Positions 1 to 9,972 of a stretch of DNA of 64,000 nt are shown in pieces. The number at the start of each line of letters is the position of its first letter. The first letter of the stretch is position 1. The stretch is taken from assembly GCA_012295275.1 (NCBI GenBank), contig CM022677.1, positions 19,468,001-19,532,000 of the forward strand, in the 5' to 3' direction. The translations under genes were made by a program, and so were the position numbers. The DNA is from Chrysomallon squamiferum (lineage: Eukaryota; Animalia; Mollusca). Below the pieces are notes generated by a model. It did no database searches. It was given only the letters and a program-made list of their open reading frames with translations, and was not told the DNA's origin.

Positions 1-1990
1 TAATAATAATAATAATAGTAACAGTAATTATAATAAGAAGAATAAGAAGAATAACAATAATAATAATAATAACAACAATAATAATAGTAATAATATTATA
101 TAATAATAATAATAATAATGTTGATGATGATAATTATGATGATGATAATGAGAAGGAGGAAGATGATGAAATAATGAAAAAGTAACAAATCAAGAACAAA
201 TGAGTTGTTAAATGCTTATTCTGCTTTCGGTTGATGTTACATAATCGATTTAGGAACAATGCGCTCCCCCTCTGAATGTTAGAAAGAAACCAGATGTATG
301 CACAGGCCAAGTTCATTATATACAGAGGTAATCAGGTATTGCGGTAAACCAGATTTTTCTACGAAATGGGAATTATACGAACTGGGAATCTACCAAATGG
401 GAAGACACCGTCGATACAAATGTAAGAACGCTAGGAGCGCTCGCTACCCCTCAGCTCATTCAGTTACCTTTTCTGTACAACTGGAAAGGTCTGACTCTGT
501 TTAAAATGATTATGTTTGCTCATGTTTAAAATAACTTGGCTATGTTTTTCTCCAATGTTCCTGCTTTTAACATACACATTATAGCACCTGTATATCGAAA
601 TCGCTGTAAGTTGTTTCCTACAAGGCCAAATCGCCATATATTTTATATGCAACTAAAAGACCCTGTGTTGTTTTTAATAATTATATTTCTATGTTGGTTA
701 TATTAATAACTTGTAGGATTCATGTTTTATTGTTTTGACTTTTACTTTATATAAGTTCTGAAATAAATGAAGTAACATTTTTTTGCCAATGGAATACATT
801 TTAATTTGACATTTTCACCAAAATGATTAGCATTGCTAACAAGTGGACAGTACATTTCACTCGATTGGGGAAAATGCTGAGCTATCCATAATATTGTGCA
901 TGTGTATTTGCAAACGGGCAAATTTAAAAAAAGAAAAAAAAAAAAAAAATGAAGAAAACAACAAGAGAAAATCCCAAGCAGAGAAAACGAAATACAAGTA
1001 TGGAGTAAGAAATCAAGAACGAAAAATTGAAAATGACTGATTTCTACGAATTACTGACTCTTTCATTTATTTATTTAAAAACAAAAAAAAAGACGTTTGC
1101 AAGAAATAGACATAGATTGAATAGTTCGAGTTACCTAAATGTTTCTGATATACATGTGTAATTACTTATGTCTGTATGTTTCTGTGTGTATGTGTGTGTG
1201 TGTGCGTTTGTGTGTGTGCATACTTGCTTCTGTGCAGGTATATATGTGTGTATCTCTATTCTTGTATGTGTGAGTGTGTGTGTAGGGATGCTTATTTGAC
1301 GCTAAATGATTTTATAACATTTGTGTTCAAAAGAAACCTTTTGTCTCTGTGATAAAAATTAAAATGTCATTTCATTCATAGAAACAGTTGTTTGTGTTTG
1401 TATGCAGCCTTATTTTTATATTTCAACTGGGAATTTTATGACATTTTTGTCCTGGATAGTGTGCTTCGACAGAATTGAAGAATTAATATTAATAAAAATA
1501 AATAAATAAACAGGTCGATCATCACTGATCCGACAGTCACTTAAACTGGTTGGTTCGGTAGTCGGGCACAAATTTTTGATAACATTTGATCTTGCTGCAT
1601 AAACACTGCTAGCATCACTTGCAAACATTGTCATTAATAGGTATTCATTTACTGTTGTATCAGGAATGATGCACTTTAAATCCCAGAGAATTAAAAAGGC
1701 TGTATTTGTTTATGAACTTGTAAAGGGACATGTTACAATACAAATATCATACAGATAAAATTATTGATTATAAATAAAAAATAAACACAATATAAACAAA
1801 TAAAATTGAAAATGAAAGTATTAAAAATTGAATTTTAAAACGTCACTTTGACGTAATGTAGTTAATTAGTTTCTATATTATATTAATAATGTATCGGGTT
1901 CAGGGTTTGCTTACTTAATTATAAAGTGTTTCTTTTTTCATCTTTATTAACAGACTAATTAATGAACCCTGTCTGCTCCGTTTTTCAGAA

Positions 1991-2992
1991 ATGGCCAAGA
2001 GTAGAAGGAAGTCAAGAAAAGAGCTGAATTTCAGGACAAAGCAATGGGAACATTTCCTGTGTGCTCTAACCCCGAAAAGATCGCAAACAGCAGCAGCTTT
2101 CAGGAAAGAATTTCAGGAACCAGAAGATTCTGGCACTTCTCTCATTTACAAAAAAATTTCCAGAATAATGTCTACCGAATACACATTGTTCAAATCTTGC
2201 AACAAGTGGAGTTTAACGGACTTCAGTAAATGCATTGGTTTCCATGATTTAGGAAAACTGAATACTGGGACAAAAGAAGTCACTCTGGAATATTCATTGG
2301 AATCCATTATTAAAGAAAATCTACAAATGTTCCAGATTGGTTCGGAAAGGCCTAATATTGATGACGTCCTCAAGAAAAAGGTCGATGTAAGAACATTTAT
2401 AGACTCCATACTTCGGAAATTATGTACAAATCTAGACTTTGGTGTCAGACTAGAAAACAAACCGGACTCAGGTGATCTTCCCGGTTGCAAGTTTGATTAT
2501 CTAGTCTTTAACCATAGCGGAAAACCGATCGGTTGCGTAGAAACGAAAAAACCTTCCGAAATAAATAGTAAAGCATTTGTTCAAGCAGTCCTCAAACTTT
2601 TTGTTTTACAGAAAATTGCTAGCGAAGAAAACGTCGACGTTAGAAAAGTACCGTTATTCAACATTTTGACAGACGGTCTGAGGTTTGTCTTGCTTCAAGT
2701 AAAAGGAGATAAACTACTGGTGGAACAGAATGAACAAAACAAACTGAAAATTCGTACAGTCAAGGAAGACCTATTGCAGGAACAGAATGAACAAAGTCAA
2801 ACCGATGGAGTCCTGGAATCCATTTACAGGCTGATTCAAACGAGTGTTGACGCATCTGTTGAAATACCACAGACTCGTAATATAAATTCTAGAAATTTGA
2901 AGGGTTTTACCATTTTAAACCTACATTGGATGGATTGGGTGTTTTTACACCAACCTGAAGAATTATTTAGCAGCTGTGAAAGTAGTGATTGA
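1991..2992 (+). CDS. PD-(D/E)XK restriction-endonuclease-fold protein (HsdR-N / CR-REase-like), paralog A, 333 aa, single coding exon
   Basis: Long non-repetitive ORF. Motifs RLE..SGDLPGCKFDYLVF..PIGCVETKK (E..D..ExK), FVQAVLKL helix and PLFNILTDGLRFVLL. Splice acceptor CTCCGTTTTTCAG ends at 1988, 2 nt before the ATG. Basic N-terminus MAKSRRKSRK. ORF conserved in paralog B. Confidence 0.8.
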   Translation: MAKSRRKSRKELNFRTKQWEHFLCALTPKRSQTAAAFRKEFQEPEDSGTSLIYKKISRIMSTEYTLFKSCNKWSLTDFSKCIGFHDLGKLNTGTKEVTLEYSLESIIKENLQMFQIGSERPNIDDVLKKKVDVRTFIDSILRKLCTNLDFGVRLENKPDSGDLPGCKFDYLVFNHSGKPIGCVETKKPSEINSKAFVQAVLKLFVLQKIASEENVDVRKVPLFNILTDGLRFVLLQVKGDKLLVEQNEQNKLKIRTVKEDLLQEQNEQSQTDGVLESIYRLIQTSVDASVEIPQTRNINSRNLKGFTILNLHWMDWVFLHQPEELFSSCESSD

Positions 2993-4030
2993 ATCACTGT
3001 AGTTTTTCTTATGAAAATTTAGTTATTGCAATTGTTGTCTTTTGTGCAGATATTCTCTATGTATCTCTAATGTATTTATCTTAATTTTTTTATTAACATA
3101 CTAAGAGCATTACTAATTATTCAATGGATATAAGTTGCATTAAAATTATTTTACTAAATTTTATATTAATAAATAGTGTTATCTTTATACAGAAAATATA
3201 GTTATATTTTCGATAATAGAAATAAATATCAGATGCTTAATAAATTAATATCCTTGTAATAAACAATGTCAATATATAAATTATTAACTGTGGTTGTAGA
3301 TCCTTTTATTATTTCAGTGAGTGTCTGTGTGTTAAATTATAACATTTATTACCATTCATTTAAATGCAGGCGTTCTTTTGTAGTCTGATTCTATAGGTTA
3401 AAATGTATTTACCAGTTTATAACTTTGGTGATATGGATCTGTGAACAAATATTACACTGTGACTTGCATGTTTTCATATTTTATATTATCATATATTTAA
3501 CATTGTATTATACGTTTGAATGTGCTGTGTACAAAACTCTCGTGTTTGATCACTTATCAAAATGATATGAACTTTGCACTTGTTATCTTTATATAAGTTT
3601 TCACATTTACTTATCTTAACTGATGCATTTTAAAACTAGACATACAGTCTAATCACATGTAAATAAAATATATACAGTGCCAGGTATCCGACATCACAAA
3701 TTTGTGTGCGCAAACCTAAATAACTGGAAACCCTAGATATTTGTATGAAATGTGGCAGACTTTTTTTTGTCCTTTGGTTATCTTGCAGCAGTCGAGTACA
3801 CATGGAAATATCGAACTCCAACATTCTCGTCTGCGAACAAATGAATATTTTGTACATTGGTCAGCAAGAAGCAAAACAACATAAACAGGCTTTATAAGGG
3901 TCAACAATGTTAATTTACTGCTTTTCAAGCGTATATGACTTTGAATCTAGCGCCAGATATGAAGTATGTTCTTTGTCCCCCTCTGTCATTCATACGTACA
4001 AAAAAAAAATAGTTAATAACTGATACAATC

Positions 4031-4685
4031 AAAAACGCGACTAGACACTAAACTACAGATCTCACAGGAGATCTATACACATTTGTTTTAAATTCGGGTG
4101 TTAGAGATCATGTTTCTTCTTTTCTTTATTATCCACGTTCAAGTTAGTTCCATCAAGGACTGATTCACAATAGTCACAGAGGAGGGGAACAGGGCCAGTA
4201 CTGAGCATTCAGTGTGTTTAGTATGAATAAAACGACAAATGTAATTTTGTTTGGAAAATGTTATTATTTATCTATTTATTTACAAGTATTTTAAAACAAA
4301 AATGTATTCTTTGTAGTTTTGTTTTTTCGTTTATTCAGATGATTATAAATTGATGATAAGTAATGTAAGATATTTATAAGTATAATTAAACAACTAAATG
4401 AGTCAAAACAACGAAAGTGAACGTTATACATGAGTAAACAAATAAAATGTAATCTGATTACTATTGTATGTTGTATTTACGTTAGTCTTTAAAAACAGCC
4501 GGTATTTTCAAAACCAGACTAGATGTGAAAGTGGATACATCACTGGAGATCTACTGACACGTGTTTTAAATCCGGGTGTTAGAGATCTTGTTTCTTCTTT
4601 GTTTTACTCTGCACGTTCAAGCTGGTGTGAAAAAAGGGCGAATCACAATAATTACAGAGGAGGATGACAGGGTCGGTACCTACAC
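4031..4685 (+). repeat. Two diverged copies (~4031-4205, ~4510-4685) of a ~175-bp element, also present at ~12843-13022 and ~13326-13505
   Basis: Shared core GACTAGA..GGAGATCT..TTTTAAAT(T/C)CGGGTGTTAGAGATC(A/T)TGTTTCTTCTT..CGTTCAAG..ACAGAGGAG..ACAGGG.C.GTAC. Confidence 0.8.
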
Positions 4686-4689
4686 ACAA

Positions 4690-4744
<55 letters not shown>

Positions 4745-5344
4745 TTACTATTATTATTTGTTGATCTTTTCTTCTTTTTATTTGTTTCTATTTTTTTAAT
4801 TGTTATTTATTTACTTATTTTTCACAATAATAATAACAACAACAACAACAACAACAACATCAACAACAATAAAATAATAATAGTAAAGACTGATATCGTT
4901 TTTCTTGTGAAATTAAATAGTGAGATACATGTTTTATTTAGTCAACTTATAAAATATATATTCTTATAATGTAATGAATTTAACAGTTAATATTATTTAT
5001 TTATTTATTTGTAAGGAAATGAAGCGATAAAATACATAAATCTCAATATTTTTATACATTATTATTATTATTACTACTACTACTCTGTGCACGTGACTAA
5101 AAATCATGCGTTCATTTTCTGTCCCGTTTTCCACTCGTACAGTTTATTTATACCGCCAGTTCACTATTCAAGTTTAAACAAGATATATCTTTGTTCGCGA
5201 AGTGTATTAACTTACACTGTCATTCTAAAAATTATTGTGACAAATTGTGAGAAATATTGTACAAAAGTGATTATTTATTTATTTATTATTAGTATTATTC
5301 TTTTATTTATTTACTTGACTGTCTGTTATTATCCGTTTTTATTT

Positions 5345-5414
<70 letters not shown>

Positions 5415-5687
5415 TTACTGTCGCTTTTTTTAAATTATTTTTATTTTTAATAATGTACACTGCTAGGAGAAACGTGTGGTGGTGTCACTAAAATTATACT
5501 GTGACGTGACACTTCGCAGAAAATAGAAGTGTATGACTTTCAAATTACAGCTATGACAATAACAATAAAAATAATAATACGAGATAATGTAATCTATATA
5601 CACATGTTCTACTTGCATACATACATAGATATATTGACACAGGCACACACACACACACACACAGACACACAGATATACACACACCAT

Positions 5688-5830
5688 CAGCGTACCTTGA
5701 CTTACGAGTGCACCAACTTACGAGTGTTCCGAGTTACGAGCAGTCGCCTGGTCGATTTTCTTGGTTTCAGTTCCGAGCCAAAATCCGAGTTATGATTGAG
5801 CTTCAGATACGCCGCTGGTAGTTGGCACAT
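5688..5830 (+). mobile_element. Terminal fragment of a Tigger/pogo-like (Tc1-mariner superfamily) non-autonomous element; shorter copy at 13748-13823
   Basis: CAGCGTACCTTGACTTACGAGT..AACTTACGAGT..GAGTTACGAGC resembles Tigger-type TIRs with repeated TTACGAG sub-motifs; CpG-rich against the background. No second TIR or transposase seen. Confidence 0.5.
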
Positions 5831-6179
5831 ATAGACTGATAGTTACACAAGTTTCATGCTTAAAAGGAGTAATTTAAATAAAAACAACAACAGCAACAAC
5901 AAAATGTATAATGATAAATAAATTAAGATATCGCTTTTATGTTTGAAAACCAAAAACAAAAAAAAAAAGATAAAAAAGAAGAACAGAAATGTATATAAAC
6001 AAAAATAATATATTTGAATAAATAAATGAATATTAAGGTCAGATAAAAAATAAATAAATAAGTAAATAAAAATTAAGATCAGATAAAACATAAATAAATA
6101 AAAAGTTTAAAAGAAAACTAAATTAAATTAAAAACGAAAGGTTAAGGTACTCTAATGAATATGTGTTCTTCTGCTAACA

Positions 6180-6750
6180 TTAAGTCTGTATATTTGTATA
6201 CGTATACATTTGCACAAAAACAACAATATTTTATAGAAATCAAGAATATAATGACATCGATTTCTACGAATGACTGACTCTTTCATTTCTTTATTTAAAA
6301 ACGAAACAAAATGCTGCCTAGAAACAGAGCTAGTTTGAACAGTTCGACTTATGTACATATTTGTGATAATCGTGTATAATAATATAACGTACGAAGATAG
6401 ATAACTCTAGTAGTATAGATATTTTCAAACCTGCTTCGATCTGTAATCGATGTATAAATTACATTCCTCAGTGTAGAAATTATATCACTTCAACTTTAGC
6501 CAGGTAAGTTTAATCTGTTTAATATATTATATTTTATGCTCTAAGAGTATAGTGTGTGTATCTCTCTGTGTGTGCATCTGTTTGTGTCTGTACGTACTTA
6601 GCTTGGGTTTGTGCGCAGGTGTATAGGTATAAAGGTATGGTTACTTTAGAGCTATCAGAGGGCTTGGGAGTCTACACTGACAAGTACAGGCCTGTGTGTA
6701 AGTGAATATTTCAACTAGGAGTTTTATAACATTTTTTTTTCTGGATATTG
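6180..6750 (+). repeat. Older, more diverged third partial copy of the upstream/intronic part of the duplicated unit (cf. ~900-1320 and ~8900-9490)
   Basis: Shared blocks AGAAATCAAGAA, GATTTCTACGAAT.ACTGACTCTTTCATTT, GAACAGTTCGA, TTCAAACCTGCTTCG, TCACTTCA.CTTTAG. Confidence 0.7.
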
Positions 6751-6770
6751 AATTATTAGAAAAAAATAAA

Positions 6771-6837
<67 letters not shown>

Positions 6838-7427
6838 GAAATACAAATAATAATAAATTTATAAGTTCTGGTTTAGTTGTCAAAGATTTGATCATGTTTT
6901 ATTTTGACGTGCTGTGCCACTAGTGACCTGTTCAGTTGTCGTATTAATACAAGTATCAACGCCACCATTTTCCACTGTCAAAGCTGGGTGTGTGACGTCG
7001 TAACTTAGACGGCCTCCTCACAGTAGTGCACATTTTTCTCTAGCGCACTAAAACAAATAATAATAATAAATAAGTAAATGAATAAAAATAAGAATAATAA
7101 AAACTTTAAAAAAAATACACCTGTAAATAATAAAATAATAAAATAAAAATAAATATATAGATAAATAATAATGAAACAAAACAATATGAAAATAACAACA
7201 AAAACAACAATAAATAAATAAATAAATAAATAAAAAAAATTAATACATCTGAATACGTCTATATAAATTATGGGTTTAAAGTAGGAAGGAAACAAGAAAT
7301 GTGATATTTTTCAGGTCGTACAAAGAAAGAAAGAAAGAAAATAAGCAGGAAATAATTGTTTCTTATCTCCTGTTGTATCTAAATGGTGTTATGGTTAACA
7401 TTGTTACAGTTTACAATGTTTAGGGGA

Positions 7428-7641
7428 ACCGGAATAAGAAAGTGTTATATGACGTCACTGGGAACGTGCGTTAGTTTTTCTTCGTAGCCATTTTTGAAAC
7501 GAAATAAATTGTTTGGAAACTCAAACGAACTTTATGTTTTCGTGTTAAAACATAACATGTCCCACCTACGCTTAAAAGTTTCATTTTAGGCAGTTCAAAT
7601 ATTAAGTAATCTGTAAAATTTGTTCTGAGAATAAGGTAAGT
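7428..7641 (+). promoter_or_regulatory. Candidate TATA-less promoter and non-coding first exon, probably of nuclease gene B
   Basis: ETS-like ACCGGAA (7428), perfect CRE TGACGTCA (7450-7457), YY1-like GCCATTTT (7487-7494), local CpG enrichment, strong donor AAG|GTAAGT after 7635. Confidence 0.55.
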
Positions 7642-8110
7642 AAATTTATTCCTTTTTTGTTACAACAACGGTCGATAAATGACCCTGGGTCAAAAGAGTG
7701 TCGACTTAACTATTGCGGTCGAATGTTGACATTTGTAAAATAAATAAAAATAATACAATTTGCTGATACTCATTTTTAATTTATATGTATATATCATTTT
7801 ATATTCTATTTGAACTTTAATGAAAGATTATACGGATTATTTGAAATACTAGTAACTAAAAATTCCATTTAATGCCAGCAAAATATAGTTAGTTCTGTAG
7901 CAGTGGTAAACAGTAGATGGGGGGGAGAGCAAGGGCCATAGGGAATCAATTCCAGTTTACTGGTCTAGTTCTATGTGAGGGTCATATTCGCCAGAGATCA
8001 GTCTCTTCCATTCGAACGTCTTCACAACAACTGCTGGCCTGTCAGATAGTGTGCATGTCGCAACTCGCTCTGATTAGCACGTTAATTTTTTTCATTTCTT
8101 TCCATTCCAG

Positions 8111-8387
8111 AAATCAGTCTCTTCCATACAAACGCCATTACTGCAGGAAAACATATATCTGACTTTTCATCCAGTGGAATCCGCCCTTTTAATATATCAA
8201 AAACGTAGAGAGAGAAAAAAAATACGCCTGGAAATTAAGAAGAAAACGTCTGTCTGAAGAAACGAAAGCGAAAGACGCTAGAGCCAGGAAGCACAAGTCA
8301 AAGGAGCAAGGCAGGCACACAACAGGACCAATCCGGAATTGAACAACAATATTTTGCGTTGGGCGCAGGAAAAATCAGTGAAAAACG
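8111..8387 (+). other. Candidate non-coding 5'UTR exon of nuclease gene B
   Basis: Polypyrimidine acceptor TTTCTTTCCATTCCAG ending 8110; donor ACG|GTGAGT after 8387; stops in all three frames. Confidence 0.45.
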
Positions 8388-8428
8388 GTGAGTTAGATAC
8401 TTCTACTGGGTATTGTAAAAGTGGTTGT

Positions 8429-9647
8429 GTCGATACAAATGTAAAAAAGCTAGGAGCGTTTGCTTCCCCTCAACATATTCAGTTACCTTTTATGTACAAC
8501 TGGAAAGGACTGACTCTGTTTAAAATGATTGTTTGTTCATGTTTAAAATAACTTGGCTGTATGTTTTTCTTCAATGTTCCTGCTTTTAATATACACATTA
8601 TAGCTCCTGTATATCGAAATCGCTGTAAATTGTTTCCTACAAGGCCAAATCGCCATAGATTTTATATGCAACTAAAATAATATGTGTTGTTTTGAATAAT
8701 TATATTTCTATGTTGGTTATTTTAATAACTTCTAGGATTCATGTTTTATTATGTTTTGACTTTTACAGTATGTAAGTTCTTAAATAAATGAAGTAACATT
8801 GCTTTGCCGATAGAATACATTTTCACAAAAATGATTAGCATTGCTAAGAAATGGTCAATATATTTGACGAGATAGGGGTAAATGCTGAGCTATCCATAAT
8901 ATTGTGCATGTGTATTTGCAAAGGTGTAAATTTGCACAAAAAGAAGAAAAAATCCCAAGCAGACAAAACGAAATACAATTTCGTTTCCAAGAAGTATTGA
9001 GTAAGAAATCAAGAACGTAAAATTGAAAACTGATTTCTACGAATTACTGATTCTTTCAAACGAAACAAGACGTTTGCAAGAAATAGACGTAGATTGAACA
9101 GTTCGAGTTACCGAAATGTTTCTGATATACGTATGTAATTACTTATTGACACGGATAACAGCAGTAGTTAAGAAATCTTCAAACCTGCTTCGTTTCTGGA
9201 AAATGATCTTGAAAATCCGTACGTGAACGAATAAATTACATCACTTCAGCTTTAGTCAGTTAATTTTGTATCTAATTAGTATATATTACACTTTCTGTGT
9301 GTATGTGCACGTGTGGGTGTGGGTTTCTGTGTGTGTGTGTGTGTGTGTGTGTACTTGTTTCTCTGCAGGTTTATATGTGTGTATATCTATTCTTGTATGA
9401 GTGTGGGTAGGTATGGTTATTTGACGCTAAATGCTCAGTTGGTACAGGAGATACATGTAACTGAATATTTTAATTAAGTATTTTATACATTTGTCTCTGT
9501 GATAAAAATTAAAATGTCGTTTCATTCATAGCAACAATTGTTTGTGTTTGTATGCAGCCTTACGCAAAAAATAATTTAAAAACAAAACCAACAATAATAA
9601 ATAAATAAACAGTTGCATCGTTTAATTTAATGCATATAAATTTGCAC

Positions 9648-9678
<31 letters not shown>

Positions 9679-9933
9679 AAATTGCCATAGAAAGCAAAAT
9701 TTGAATGTGATTTGCTGAAATAGGCAGTAAGATATCTGAAGCATTACGTAGCATTATCTACAAAAAAGATAAACCTAAAATGTCATTCAAAAACGAAACA
9801 CGATTTGAGTTATATAGGAGGGTGTATACTTGTTTTATCGCATTTATTTTTATATTTCAACTGGGAATTTTATGACATTTTTGTCCTGGATAGTGTGCTT
9901 CGACAGAACTGAAAAATTAATATTAATAAAAAA

Positions 9934-9972
<39 letters not shown>

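Larger units (their letters stand above)
410..5767 (+). repeat. Segmental direct duplication, copy A (partner 8429-13823); contains nuclease gene A
   Basis: Collinear identity from GTCGATACAAATGTAA (410 vs 8429) to GTCGATTTT..TTGGTTT (5767 vs 13823). Non-coding parts look roughly 90% identical by eye, with some indels. Confidence 0.95.

Noticed and set aside
1416-1634. Minus-strand ORF conserved at 9870-10109 (likewise 3636-3928 vs 12465-12686) as possible partner or antitoxin genes
   Set aside because: Conservation is explained by the recent DNA duplication; lengths, starts and frames differ between copies; no recognisable domain.
2146-2490. 114-aa antisense ORF
   Set aside because: Shadow of the nuclease A coding strand; no matching ORF is listed for paralog B.
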